DNA of 64,000 nt from Eledone cirrhosa (GCA_964016885.1 OZ024742.1:185628001-185692000), one strand, 5' to 3'. Shown: positions 12,033 through 26,565, numbered from the stretch's first letter. Notes: a model not told the origin generated them from the sequence alone. Made by a program: numbers and translations.

Positions 12033-13508
12033 AATATGGTTTTATAAATATAGTTTCCATTTATATATATATATGTGTGTGTGTGTGTACAATATTGATT
12101 CATATACGTGAACGTGATTAGAATAACAATAAAGTCTTTGTATGACTAAAATATCATCCTTCAGAAATGATATTTGGCTTCAGTAGAGCGAACAAAACTA
12201 TGATCTTCGTGCAATTAGAACCATCTCGTTTATACACAACACATATGAGGTTGGACTTCCATTGCTCTCGCCGATGAGTGTTGTAGTTATTCGAACAAAA
12301 GACCATCTGCTCGCGAAATTAACGTGCATGTAGCCAAGGATTCTACAAACACGTGTACCGTTTAGCGTAGTTCTCGGGGAGACTCAGTGTGACACAGTGA
12401 GTAACAAGGCTGTCCCTTTGAAATACAGGTATAACTCATTCTATCAGCTTAATGCACTGTAGTAACGTGAACTAAGTATCTTGCTGAAGGATACAACGTG
12501 CTGCCAGAAATCGAACTTACGACCTTACGATCTAACCACTAAACCATGCGCCTTCATCCAATATGCTTATAGCCGTATTTATAACCCAGTTCATAGTCAT
12601 CTTTTATGCTCAACAGTTTTTAATCTCAAACTGGAATACATTGAGAGAGTCTTCTGAGAAATACGAAATTAACATTAAATAACTATATCTTGCCAGAATT
12701 CATAGCAGTTTACAAAGAAACCATTAGAAATGGAACACGTTCATTCAGCCGAAATTCAAAATATTCCTTCTCTGAAGATGTGCATTCTCGTAGTGATTTG
12801 CCAAAGTCATCTCTGTCAACCTAAAGTCATTACCATTCATTGTCATATTTTTATATAGCAAACTATATTAACATTGACTCCTGTTGTGAAAACCAGTATC
12901 TTCCGTCACCAGATTTGCTTACGTTTCTCGATCGTAATAGATTCTGTTAGCTTCTAATCTCTCTTTCCTATCGTTCTTTCTCCAACTCTCTCTCGCTCTC
13001 TCGCTCTTTTCTCTCTTCTCTTCTCTCTCCCTCTTCTCTCTCTCTCTCTTTCTCTTCTCCCCCTCACCCTTTCTCCTACCCATTCTCTTTCTCTTTCACT
13101 TTCTAACTCTCGATACCTAACAGTGAGATCCACTGGTAATTTACATTCCTATGTTCTTATCAGATGGTCACAGACTAAATCATGGTGATATACTTGATGT
13201 GAATGAAGTATTTCACTAATTCAAACCACTCGGTCGCAGAAGATTTGTAAGTGGTCGATAATCCAGCAAGAAATAGCAACTAAAAAGGAAAGAAATGAAA
13301 GAAGCCGATCGTCAGATTAGATGAAGAAAAGTGTTTCCATCCTTCTTTCCATTACTGATACTATCTGCTAGCCTAACACACATTGAATATAGATGTTTAA
13401 AGGAAAGGAGCCGATCTTCAGATCAATCCAAGAAAACTGTTTTGGGTTTGTTTTTTTTCTTCTTTCCATTGCTGATACTATCTGCTGGTCTATCATACCT
13501 TGAATATA

Positions 13509-13615
13509 CAGGGTGCCCCTAAAATCTGTACACACACTTTGATTACCTGTATAGGCAATATTTATTAGAATGGCGTATGCATTTTTTTTTTGGGGGGGGG
13601 GGGGGGGGCACCCTG
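13509..13615. mobile_element. Tc1/mariner-type MITE
   Basis: TA|cagggtgcccc ... ggggcaccctg|TA, i.e. terminal inverted repeats with a TA target duplication. Confidence 0.7.
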
Positions 13616-14844
13616 TATATCTTCAAAGAAAGACCGAGTGCTGGATCAATCCAAGAAAACTGTTTCCACTGGTCTTTCCATTGTGGATACTATCTGCTGG
13701 TCGCAACTCTTAGCAGAAGAATTAACTTTATAATGGTGGCTGGAGGTGGGATTTGAACTCATAATGCACAAAGTCGAATAGATAAAGCAAATCATCTTGC
13801 TTGATACTTTAACAATTCTGCCAATCTACCGCCCCTGGATGAAAGACAACGTTTATATCAGCGAGGTTTGTATTAAAAGTGCTGATAGCCGGAACAAATA
13901 CCGAAGAATTTAACCGACACTAACAAAACTACCAATTCGTCTACGAAATCTCCTTGAAATGGAAAAGACACACTGGTGAATGTGGTCTTAGATACACCAT
14001 GCCTGAGAAAAGACGCGCTAGTTATGGCTGTAATTATTTTGCTCGTATATTTGCTGAATCAAGACTGAGTTGAAACTAAACAACAACACCAACAATTTAC
14101 CGAATTTGGTTACTTTGAATTTGGTTACTTCTACCACATCAATCTGAGATATCAATCTGGGATATCAAATGCCATCTGGGATATCAAATGCCAATCTGGG
14201 ATATCAAATGCCCAACCTATCTTTCTGCTGCTTCTACTTTAAACAATATGTACTATATTTCTCTCTCTCCACCCTCCCTCCTCTCTCTCACTTTCTCTCT
14301 TTCTTTCCCTAACTCTCTCGCTCTAAATATCTCTTTCTAAAGGTTTCTCTCTAAATCTTTTTCTCCAAATCTTTCTCTCTAAATTTCTTTCTCTAAACCC
14401 TTCTCTCTAAATCTCTTTCTATAAATCTATCTCTTTAGATTTCTTTCTCTAAATCTATCGATTATTCTCTCCCTCTCCCTCCTCTCTCTCTCATTCCCTC
14501 TCTCACTCCCCCCTTTCTCCCTCTCTAAATCTCTCTCTATTTCTCCCTCTATAAATCCCATGACAGACATTATACAGTCCCTCTAACGACAGAATAGCCA
14601 TTTTGTTAGATCCTCTCTTTCTACCCTTTAAGATCCCTATTAATCATACAATATCCCAAACTCCACATAACCCGCAGTTATCTACCTTTGATTCATTCTT
14701 CCCATTAGAGAAACGATAATCTATGAGATGTCGTCTTTCAATTACCACAAGTGATCAGACGATATATTCCTTTGATGCTAACACAATTTCTCTATCAATA
14801 CCTATACGATTGATATTTATCAGATCACCTATACTTATCTATCG

Positions 14845-14849
14845 GCTGC

Positions 14850-14930
<81 letters not shown>

Positions 14931-14934
14931 AACA

Positions 14935-14999
<65 letters not shown>

Positions 15000-15035
15000 C
15001 AACAACAACAGCACCTCCAACACCATCAACACCAA
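14845..15035. repeat. (CTG)n/(CTA)n trinucleotide microsatellite
   Basis: Direct reading of the sequence. Confidence 0.95.
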
Positions 15036-15258
15036 CACTACTTATGTGATGTAATATCTGCATCGCTTAAATCTATTTGAATAGCTACTACTTATCGTAT
15101 TTTTTTTTATCAAATAATCTATTTTTTTCAAATAATCTATCTTTTTCAAATAATCTATTGAATTACAAACACATACACAGACAGACCGACACATACACAC
15201 ACATACATAGATATATATATTTAGATTTACAATCCTGTAATCTGATGCATAAACAAAT

Positions 15259-15458
<200 letters not shown>

Positions 15459-15610
15459 CAAAGGAATTGTGGTAAGGAACCAGATGCACCATAACGCACC
15501 AGAGTACGCAATACTTAGGTAGTAGAGTGGGAAATAGGAAAATGTATGACCCCGACAGCAGAGATCAAGCCGTTTCGACGGCTATTTCTGGACGGCTATA
15601 TATATGTATA

Positions 15611-15665
<55 letters not shown>

Positions 15666-15755
15666 GTGTGTGTGTGTGTGTGTGTGTATGTATATATATA
15701 CGTACTACATATTCATATACACAGATATATATATATACATACTACATATTCATAT

Positions 15756-15794
<39 letters not shown>

Positions 15795-15838
15795 TGAGTC
15801 TGCGTGTGTGTGAGAGAGTGTGTGTGTGTGTATGCATG

Positions 15839-15889
<51 letters not shown>

Positions 15890-16430
15890 AGAATGGGGGG
15901 GGGGGGGATGGAAATGGAAGAAAGTAGATTTGATTTCCATACAAAAAGTGACGATATTATTAACATGAGAATGTAATTGTGGTTTATATATTTATATATT
16001 TATTTATTTTTAAAATGGTTTCCATTTTTCAATGTAGAAAAAAATGCCTAACACAAAGAATTGAAAGGCATCTATTTTATGATCAACAAAGCAACAAGAA
16101 ATATAAATGTAGGAATCGATAAATGGAAATAGAATAATAGTCAAAGCGGTATTCTTGGTCGAATTAATCTACATGAAACGTTCTCCATATCTTAACAAAA
16201 CAACAACAGCAATAACAACTAAAGTTGTTAGAAATTAAACAAAAGATAACAACAATAAAACAACTCTGCTTATGACAACGGAACGGAATTGATTTCAAAC
16301 AGAAGGAAATATATTTTTGTTTAACATTAAAATTGCTTTACATATAACCTATAAAATATGCTCAGGTTGTTCACTATGCTAAAAGCGAAGGTTAGCTTAT
16401 GGGAGTTTGTAAGTTTTTCATAGAATTATG

Positions 16431-16521
<91 letters not shown>

Positions 16522-16537
16522 CATACATACATACAAA

Positions 16538-17055
16538 CATGGTGGCTGCCAACTCGTTTTCGAGTACGGCCACTACTTTATATCTATGTAGGAGAACCCC
16601 TACCCATGCGCTGAACGAGTGTGAATTTTTAGTCCAGCCAGCGACTTGAAAACTCTGGTACAAACACTACACTTGTGACAATTATTGACACATAGTGCTG
16701 AGCCCATGGTACCATGTGACGACAAGTGCAGAGAGATCTCCAGATATAAAGCAATGCCTGTGCCGTGAAGCTTTTATAGTGAGCAAAGGCACTGCACAAA
16801 GCCAGTCCCACTCTCTTAACCAAGATGATATTTACCAAAAAGGGGTCATCTCTCCCAGTGATTTTGGATGGCCATTGACTCTTAAGAGCTCCTTTACCCT
16901 TTGACAGGTTTTGTTTTTAGTCCTGCAGGATGTCCAAAGTCACCCTCCTCACCAAGAAACCTTGGTGGGGTTGCCAGTTTAGTCGCCAGCGACCCGACCA
17001 TGGGAAAGGTTGTACTGGAATACGTGTTACCAGTAGCACCAACTGGTGACCTGAC
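16538..17055 (-). mobile_element. Non-coding retroposon-like element embedded in (CATA)n
   Basis: High-identity inverted copy of 38089-38699 that lacks about 90 bp. Both copies abut (TATG)n/(CATA)n at both ends. Confidence 0.75.
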
Positions 17056-17339
17056 ATACAAACATACATACGTACGTACATACAGCTTTATATGTATATA
17101 AACGCTAAATATGAACATTTAAAATACAATTGTAGAATTAAAAACTAGCTGAAAGGAAATATTACCCAAGCTGTGAACAACTTTGAATTTAATTCTGACA
17201 AAACTTTGTCGAAACTTTTAAAGAAGATCATCGTGTCTTTTGAAAAATAAATGCAAAATATTAGTGAATGGACGAACTCATCATGGCAAAACGTATAAGT
17301 CTCCTTCGACCAAATCGCAACTACAACCATTGTATACAA

Positions 17340-18755
17340 TGGAGCTACGATCTCAACAAAGATTTACATGAAGCATACAAACAATCAGACCCCCAAAAGT
17401 TCGGTTTTATGTAGAGGCTAAAAACTTTGTGGAACTCCAAACACCCAGAATTAGACTTTTCCTAAAAACATTTAAATGAACAGACAAAACGTATCATTAG
17501 ATGTAAATTGATACATCTTACGGAACTGAATGACACTATAAAGACAACCATTGAAGACATTCCACTTTCACTGACTGGTCAGTTAAAGCTAGTAGTGAAC
17601 AGCTCAGCAACAACATAGCTGATGGACAGAGAGAATGGCCAGCTAAATCTAGCAGTAAACAGCACACCAGCAACGTAGCTGAAATCCATTCCACTTCCAC
17701 TGTACAAACAGAACACCAAAAACTTGTGGACACCATACAAGTGATATGGGATAATATATTTCAAGAGATATACAGCCTTAATGTGAGTAACATACCATAC
17801 AATACTAGAATTAGTAAAGAACTCACTAAATTGGAATTGGAAGCAGTGAACGAAATAGCTGACAATTATCTGAAGGCCACACGGGCCAAAGGTGTGGAAA
17901 CGACATATGAAATGCTTAATATTTTGTTATGTTTCAGCTATCACATTGCTATCCTATCATAAACATCCAAACATCTTGGAGATTTAAAACTCTAAACTCC
18001 AAACTACACCAGTTGAAACAACAACTCACAGCTGCAACAGAAAGACTAAAGATAAGTCAACAGCACATAAACAGCAAGTGCTAAATAGATTATTTGCCAG
18101 AGATCCTAAATCAGTTTATCGCAGCTTCAATGTGAAAAGCCCAATCTCTGTAAATGACACCCCTACAAAAGAACAGGTTGAGAGCTACTGGAGATCTGTA
18201 TGGAAAACGAATGACAGATTTAACAAACAATGGCTAAAAGAACTGGAACAGGAATACTGCCAGCATGCAAAACAATATGACATAGATGGGTCAATACTGG
18301 AAACAGCTCTACAGAAAATGTCGAATAAGAAATAACCAGGCCCAGACCTCATTACAGGATACTGGCTGAAGAACTTCACCTTCTATCGGCAAGATCTCAT
18401 ACGGCTGTTTAGAGAAACCATCAAAGGCACACAAGAACTGCCCCAATAGTTATCAACTGCCATTACTCTCTTCATCCCCCAAAATAGCCAAACCACCCTT
18501 GATAAAATTTACTGCCCAATAGCCTGCCAGAACATCCTGCATAAATTATACACTGGGTACCTTAATTTGTTCTTACAGGATTATTGTGCCACCAACAATA
18601 TTATAACACCCGAGCAAGCTGGTGGAAAGAAGGTGTGGGGCTGCATAAATCACCTACTAACAAATAAAATGATAACAGGAAAAAACAACAAAGAATCGCA
18701 GGAACATGACTGTAGTGTGGCTGGACTATCAGAAGGCTTTTGATAGTGTACCTCC
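17340..18755 (+). pseudogene. R4/Dong-like non-LTR retrotransposon fragment (N-terminal region and start of RT)
   Basis: PTKEQVESYWRSVWK..WLKEL..K*PGPDLITGYWLKNF..IPK..PIACQNILHKLYT..EQAG..MTVVWLDYQKAFDSVP, with multiple stops. Confidence 0.8.
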
Positions 18756-19027
18756 TCCCCCTTCTCTCTCTCTTAGTTCTCAATTCTACTCTACCTATCA
18801 ACTTCCCATCCATCAAGCCTCTGTCGTATTGTTTTATAATTCGACGACTGATTTGGTCATTTCGCCTCACCATGTCTCTTACCTATCAATATTAGTTCCA
18901 GAATGATTGCTTGAACTAACTTGTGTTAATTTCATTATTTCTATCAAGGTTACCTACCCACATCTCTGTGTTGCATTTGATTATATCAATTTTCCTTTCC
19001 CACATCTGTGTGTAGATACTACGTCTT

Positions 19028-19059
<32 letters not shown>

Positions 19060-19469
19060 GCAACGTTCTTTGTATTTTCATACCGAATACTTCCTTTAGA
19101 TATTATTGATGCACCGATGGTAAATAATCATGTCTTTGGAAGCATCCGAAACCATAATAATCCCCAGAAGAAAGCCGATAAACGAGAATTATCCATGTGC
19201 TTGTCTTTTTCGAGTTTTCTGTATTTATACTTTTTTTATTATTTATTCATATTTTGTATATAGATTTATCTGTTTACTTAAATAATATATAAGGAAAAAT
19301 AAGTGTATGAATCAGTTATGTAGACATGATTTTGTCCTCTTTTATATGTATTCCGCTTTTATATGCATCCTTTATTTACATATATGGATGTGTTGTTTAA
19401 TCTATGTTAACATGTACTTATAAAATGAAAATAAATATCACCCCTAATGTTATTCGAGGAAATATTTTC

Positions 19470-19700
19470 TAAAGTTTGCTGTTCATTCTGATCACATCTT
19501 TAGATGTATAAATATAAATTATAAGTTTAATTAAATATGCACTACATCAAAACCAACACTAATATTTCATAAGTACTTCTTAAAAAAGGTTTACTGTTCA
19601 TTCTGATCACATCTTTAGAAGCATAACAATAAATTACAAGTTTAATTAAATATGTACTACAGCAAAACAAACACTAATATTCCGTAAATACTTCTTTAAA
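19470..19700. repeat. Tandem duplication, unit about 116 bp, 2 copies
   Basis: ctgttcattctgatcacatctttaga...aagtttaattaaatatg...acactaatatt is repeated. Confidence 0.8.
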
Positions 19701-20404
19701 AAATTACTATAAAAAATATATGAATTTTGTAAGGATAACTGACAAAACATTTTTTTTATGATATTTAAATAAGGAACAGAGAATTAACTAACACCGTTGT
19801 AGAACGATATGTCGACATATTCAAATAGTTTTAACTTAACTATGTATTTAAACATAACAGGCGATTGCTTTTCATAAATGTTTTCTTTGAAAGTAAGAAA
19901 TCTATAAAATTATATTCATATATAGTGAAAAAGATAATTAATATATATATATCACATATACCGTGTATACGTACCCGATCTCTCGGTTTCTTACAAAGCG
20001 TTGAGAATATAAAGTTAATGTAAAGAAAGATGAACTCATGCGCGGTGATGCTATAAAATAGCTTATAAAATATCAACTTTAAATATTAAGATTAATTTTT
20101 CAACGCTCTGTAAAGGTCCGAGAGATCGACTACATTTACACGATATTTGTTTACTACGATGATTCTTGACATCAAAGCGGTTTGTTTCAGCTATCTAATT
20201 CAAAATAGTAAGAAATATCATGGCCAGCGCCTAGCCGGTATCTGGGAGAGATGAGGTTTGATTACTCATAACGGCCGGTGGAAACTTTTTTCCGTCTTTA
20301 AAGAGTCTTCACTCTAATTTATGAATTATTTTATAGCGTACCCGTTGAATTCAACAAATTTATTTATAACAGATTCGAAGCACTCAACAGTGTACCTGGA
20401 GTAT

Positions 20405-20670
20405 AATATCAATGATATTAATAAATGTAAATTATATATATAAAACCATATTTATTTTATTATATATATTTCAAGGGTACCAAAAAACTTTGGTACGCTC
20501 TCATCAGATAAAATACAAAATTTGTTTTATAAATAGTGACATACCTCAGGAACCTGAACCGATAAGGTCTGGTTTCTGGGGTATGTCACTATTTGGCACC
20601 ATTGAAATATATATAATAAAATAAATATGGTTTTATAAATATAGTTTCCATTTATTAATATCATTGATAT
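20405..20670. mobile_element. Short family-A fold-back (two PLE termini joined tail-out)
   Basis: Arms match the outer ends of the 9690-12064 element. There is an internal hairpin aaatagtgacatacc..ggtatgtcactattt. Confidence 0.8.
20453..20515 (-). ncRNA. Minimal type I hammerhead (family A, intact)
   Basis: tattttat CTGATGA gagcgtaccaaa..tttggtaccctt GAA atatatat A ataaaata. Confidence 0.82.
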
Positions 20671-20685
20671 ATATATATATATATT

Positions 20686-21028
20686 TATATTAGAAAGTGC
20701 GGTTTTTTACAAAATGAAAAAAAACGAGGTGTCCTACACGAGTGAAAGTATAAGGAAAAAAGATGAAATCGAAAATGCAACTGGAGTCTTTTTTTAAAAT
20801 ATATTTATTTGGTTCCTTTACCGGTTTCTCAGTTCTTGTGCTTTTCGAAATTCTACTTTTGAAAAGCACAAGAACTGAGAAACCGGTAAAGGAACCAAAT
20901 AAATATATTTAAAAAAAAAAAGACTCCAGTTGCATTTTCGATTTCATCTTTTTTTCCTTATACTTTCACTCGTGTAGGACACCTCGGTTATTTTTCATTT
21001 TGTAAAAGAAACCTCACTTTCTAATATA
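20686..21028. mobile_element. Fold-back element, 'accggt' family
   Basis: Inverted arms of about 160 bp around a spacer of about 13 nt. Each arm contains GAA-accggt-A-aagga. Confidence 0.8.
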
Positions 21029-21123
21029 CATACATATATATATATATATATATATGTAGGAGGTATGTTGATTTAAAACTGCACTATCCACAAGTGTTTT
21101 TTAACCTTCATATCATGTCTTCC

Positions 21124-21194
21124 TGTTTTATCTGATGAAAACACAAATATTATTGCATGATGATATTTGTTTTTGAAATGCGCATAATAAAATA
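21124..21194 (+). ncRNA. Minimal type I hammerhead (intact)
   Basis: tgttttat CTGATGA aaacacaaatat..atatttgttttt GAA atgcgcat A ataaaata. Stem III is the palindrome atgcgcat. Confidence 0.82.
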
Positions 21195-21224
21195 CATGGA
21201 ACTCTTTTAACCATCTTTTGTTCT

Positions 21225-21298
<74 letters not shown>

Positions 21299-21405
21299 TA
21301 TTTTCCGTTGTGTTGTAATATAAATATTACACACAGTAGATTATCAGCTCACGTAGAGTTTGCTCGACGGTTCCAGTTGTAGTTCCAAAAGTAATCCGGA
21401 GAAAA

Positions 21406-21634
21406 ATAGAAAGATTTGAATGGATACAGTTTAGTTGAAAGGAATTTATTGACACGTGTTTCTATAACAGTTACATAACCTAAAACAGCTATCTACAAAC
21501 TTTTAGTTATGCAGACATTCAATATTTCAATGTTATTATTTACTGTCATTTCATCAGCTGTTTTAGGTTATGTAACTGTTATAGAAACACGTGTCAATAA
21601 ATTCCTTTCAACTAAACTGTATCCATTCAAATCT

Positions 21635-21640
<6 letters not shown>
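21406..21640. mobile_element. Fold-back with 85-bp perfect arms carrying the 3' half of an HHR
   Basis: Arms 21406-21490 and 21556-21640, containing GAA-acacgtgt-C-aataaat (GUC site, palindromic stem III). Confidence 0.8.
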
Positions 21641-21671
<31 letters not shown>

Positions 21672-21690
21672 AGTTATTCCGGATTCAGTC

Positions 21691-21741
21691 AGCTTCCTGA
21701 TCATTTCTCACGAATGAAACAGTTCTAGTCCTGTAGAAGCT
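21691..21741 (+). ncRNA. Type I hammerhead with core substitution (CTGATCA)
   Basis: agcttc CTGATcA tttc-tcac-gaat GAA acag-ttctagtc-ctgt A gaagct. Confidence 0.7.
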
Positions 21742-21868
21742 TCACCGTAATATTTTTTACTGTAACATAGTCAAATAATGGTGATACTCATATTTTTCCG
21801 TTCAGTGGGTTTATATTATTAGACTATATTATAGTCAAAAATATTACGGCGGTGCTTCTATTTCTATT

Positions 21869-21968
<100 letters not shown>

Positions 21969-22691
21969 TTCCCTCTCCAACAACAAAACAACACACGCAC
22001 TACACAAAACATCTAATCAAACCTACAAAAACAATCCTTGCAACAGAGACCTCTGAACTGAGGATCCCAGTTGACACAGCATCAATATATATAATTAGAG
22101 ATGGCTACCTCTATAAGAAAGAACACTTAATATATCATGATGCTTTGTCATTCTATGCCCCCAATACCACCTTTATATATTTCTACCGCATTGCACCGGC
22201 TTTCTTAATTTCTCATCAATTAATATTGTTACTAGCAGAAAGATCACTCTTCGGGTGGTTTTCTGCTAGGATGTGTAGTGTGCATATTGATATTATCGTA
22301 ATTGACAATATCCACAGAAATTGAACGAAGACTGCGTTACACTGTCTTATGTAATCAGTAAAGTAATCCATGATACATTTAAAAATCATGATATTATATA
22401 TAAACTGCATTAGGAGAAAATTAGTGACGGGAATATATGAATGTTTATTTAAGCGATCGCTAACCGGAAGGGTTGACATTTGAACATTTTAAAGAAGTGA
22501 ATCTTTAAATAAGCAATAAAATATATTTAATCAAGAGCTACGAAATTTAGTAGATAAATTATGTAATATTCATTCATTATTTATTCAAAGTAATCCGACT
22601 TATTTTAGAAACAGGATAAAAAAAATATATTCTGGAAGCAGTCTCGCACTAATTTCTTATAGTTTAGATTAAACACACACATACATACACA

Positions 22692-22752
<61 letters not shown>

Positions 22753-23154
22753 CACAGATACAGACACAGACACGGACACACACATATATATATAGAGAGA
22801 GAGAATATATAGAAAGAAATACAAAGTTTAGATGATAAAGCCCTTTATTGATAAGGGCGTTATACATATTTCGAGGACGACAAATTGTTACGCAATACAG
22901 CGCAGAAGCTAGTGCTTTAACAAGAAAGGACTTTATCATCTAAACTTTGTATTTCCTTATTCTAAAAATACTCCGTCACTTCTGTGAGGAAAATGCTCGT
23001 TGTGTTCTTGAATTGAATTGCATCAATATTTTCGAAATATATATATATATAAAATAGGTATAAATCGAAGTTGTAGCCGCTGTATAGCAGATACCAATTG
23101 AATTTTTTTGTATATATATATATATATATATGTGCGTGTGTGTGTGTGTGTGCG

Positions 23155-23269
<115 letters not shown>

Positions 23270-23272
23270 GTG

Positions 23273-23569
23273 TGAGGGGTTTTTTAATGAAAAATAACGA
23301 GATGTCCTACACGAGTGAAAGTATAAGGGAAAAAGATGAAATTGAAAATGCAACTGGAGACTTTTTAAGAATATTTATTTGTTTCCTTTATGGGTTTCAC
23401 AGTTCTTATGCTTTTCAAAAGTAGAATTAAGATGGAGGGTTTGTGTTTTTTCTCGCAAACCTCCATCTCAATTCTACTTTTGAAAAGCATAAGAACTGTG
23501 AAACCGGTAAAGGAAACAAATAAATATTCTTAAAAAGACTCCAGTTGCATTTTCGATTTCAGCTTTTTT

Positions 23570-23575
<6 letters not shown>
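23273..23575. mobile_element. Fold-back element, 'accggt' family
   Basis: Arms about 23322-23442 and 23457-23575, same family as 3262-3579. Confidence 0.78.
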
Positions 23576-23605
<30 letters not shown>

Positions 23606-24232
23606 GTGGGTACAACTCTCCACAGTGTCTCAGTAGAGATTCATCAAAATACTATTTTCCACTGAGATTAAATTGATCAATCACTGTGAGGAGGTGTTCT
23701 TTCAATATATATGCATGAGTATATGCATGCGTGTATGTTTTGTTATTTTTGTTTTTTTTTACTTCCATTTGACCAATTTCATTCCAACCGTGCGCATCCC
23801 GTCTTTTTGTATGCCAAGTTCAGCATTGTCCAATGTATTCTTCATTTTAAGGGATAATTTCAAGTCAGTTTGTTTGCTATATCCAGCAGTTTAGGCAACT
23901 CTGCAGAGATTCTCTCATTGACTTCTTTGTCATGATTTGTATATGTATGTGTATATATGTCTATATAAATTTGACTGAGATATCCAACAGAATAAAGTGA
24001 CTGATTATAAATTACGTTTGACTCTTTCGATTCCAAGTTCAAATCTTGTTATAGTCAACTTCGGTTTAATGTTTTTTAATTTAGTCCAAAAATTTCGAAG
24101 GAAAGAAAATCAATTACTGTATAGACACCAACGTTTCACTGGTATTATATTTTATCGACCTCAAGCGAATAAATCCGGCAAAGCAGTTTGAGCGGCGCTC
24201 TAACAATACTGCCAGTCAACCTTCAACTTCGG

Positions 24233-24424
24233 AATAATAATTGTTTCTACTACTGGCACAAGGCCAGCAATTTCCCCAGTACATTACTGGTACTTTATTT
24301 TATCGACCCCGTAAGGATGAAAGGCAAAGTGAACCTCGGCGGATTTGAACTCACACCATAAAGGGGCGTAACTCTATGTTGCAAAGCATGGCGTTCGACC
24401 TTCTGCTGATACTGCCAATCCCCC
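24233..24424 (-). mobile_element. Meta-type SINE
   Basis: Reverse-complement match to 6292-6490. Confidence 0.8.
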
Positions 24425-25791
24425 ATAATAACAGCAGCTATAATATTTTAAAACATTTAGTTTAGTATGCTATTTCATGATCAGTCGTGAACTCTTAACT
24501 CCTGTCACACGACCTGCCATATGCATTTTTCTTCGACGAAAGTGAGAAGAGAGAAAGAAATGAAGGGAGAAAGAGACTTAGAGGAAGAATTGATTCCAGC
24601 ATTAGACTGATATTTTATTTCTTGACCTCAAAAGGATGAAAGACAAAGTTTACCACAGTGGTATTTGAACACAAGGCGTAGAGAGTCGGAATGTGTACCA
24701 CAAAGCATTCGATCCGACGTTCTAATTCGTTAATTTTAGCTTAGTATACCTTTCCCCTAAAATATATCCTTTGTCGTGTACAAAGAAATCAATACATTTC
24801 AATAATGTTCTAGAATCTCTTCTTAATTAAGAGAAAAGATCAAAAAGAAAACCGATTAAGCCATATCCCCGATTCAACTATGAAAAGAACCATACAAGAA
24901 TGTGTGGTGTATCTTTCTCAGAAATTTACAGGATATTTTTAAAATTCAACCGAGTTGCATTAAAAAAAGAACAGTGAATAAATAATAATATATAAAGATG
25001 GTTCAGAGATAGTAGGCTTAAATCAATAGCTATATGATTGTTCATATAGCTATTGCTATTAATATCATATGTGCTGAGAGCTTTGCCTTCTTAGATGTCT
25101 GGGTTGAGCAGCAAAGTGATCATAATTGGAACAGCTTTTCCCCAATGGAAGGAAGGCTAAATTGATCCATCGATAATACGATAATTTCCACAGGAAATAA
25201 CTTCGCAGTAAAGCGAGTAATTTTCTAACAAATCTACATAGCTGGCGAAAGTGAAGTAGTTTTAGATGACACCTTTTTTTTCCTTTCTGAGTAGTATCGT
25301 AGAAGGTGGCAAAGTAGCAGAGTCGTTAGAACGTCGAATGCTTTGCGTTATTCGTTCCGTGTTTCTGCGGTTTGCGTTCAAATCCCGCCGAAGTCAACTT
25401 TGCATTTCATTCTTCGGCTTCTATAAATGAAGTACCACTCCAGTGCTAGGGTCGATTCTTCTTTTATATCTCTTTTTCGCTTTCTCTCGTTATTTTCACG
25501 TGCAGACTGATCGCTGGCTCGAAGAAATGGAAAACTCAGTATTGAACCTGACGGAGGCCAAATACACACACAACGTTGTATTGGTTGCTTCTCACGTTGT
25601 TTTCAATAGCAAAAGTATTAATTTCTGATATGGGTTCAAATCATTATCTGATTGCTTCAGCCAGTAACTTGAAACAATGTTGTGAATTTGAATGTGGTAT
25701 AGTGTACCAAAAGTCAATAGCATGTTAATTACAGGACTAGGATGGGTTGATAATAAATAACAATTGTTTTATATAGTATAAACAGTTTATA

Positions 25792-25868
25792 CAGGGTGCG
25801 GCAAAAATACCTCCCACATTTTAAGTGACGAACATATAAAATATGGAAGGTTTTCCAGCCGCAATCTG
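25792..25868. mobile_element. Very short Tc1/mariner-type MITE
   Basis: TA|cagggtgcggc ... gccgcaatctg|TA, imperfect terminal inverted repeats. Confidence 0.55.
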
Positions 25869-26096
25869 TATTACATAATTGTAGTATAAACAATAAGTTT
25901 AAATGCCATGCTGAACATATTACTTCGTGAACAGCGCAATCTCACTGAGAACTACGTTAAGGGTACACGTGTCTATGGAAGACTCTCAGCCACTTGCACG
26001 TTAATGTCACGAGCAGGTTGCTCCATTGATTGAAACTACTGGAACACACGCTGTCGGAATCAACAGAAGGAAACCCACACACACATACACATATAC

Positions 26097-26259
<163 letters not shown>

Positions 26260-26565
26260 GTAAGTCCAAAAAATCATTAGATAAAATATATACAATATTT
26301 CCTCTCCCAATCTGTATAAATCATCTACATAAAAAATCATTTAAACGAGGCTATAAGTTTAAAATGTACTTATGAAGAAATAATAGGCAAATGATACAGA
26401 TTATTTTCCGCGATGTACAGCCATATGACATTTATCTAATTATTTCTTCTAGCCTGTAGAAATTGATTAGACAAATAGTTAACTACACGGAATTAGGTAT
26501 AAAATAGAACGGTACAGTATATGGAAGGGATATATTAGTTTAACGCTTGATATAGCAGGAAGGGA

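Larger units (their letters stand above)
9690..12064 (+). mobile_element. 5'-truncated Penelope-like element with an upstream inverted pLTR
   Basis: Inverted arms of about 860 bp (about 9697-10551 and 11192-12064) enclose a GIY-YIG remnant. There is an HHR near each outer end, and the flanks are (TA)n. Confidence 0.88.

Noticed and set aside
19960-20143. Diverged inverted repeat (a similar small one lies at 22816-22955)
   Set aside because: It is probably an old fold-back of the same kind, but no ribozyme core or family link could be confirmed.
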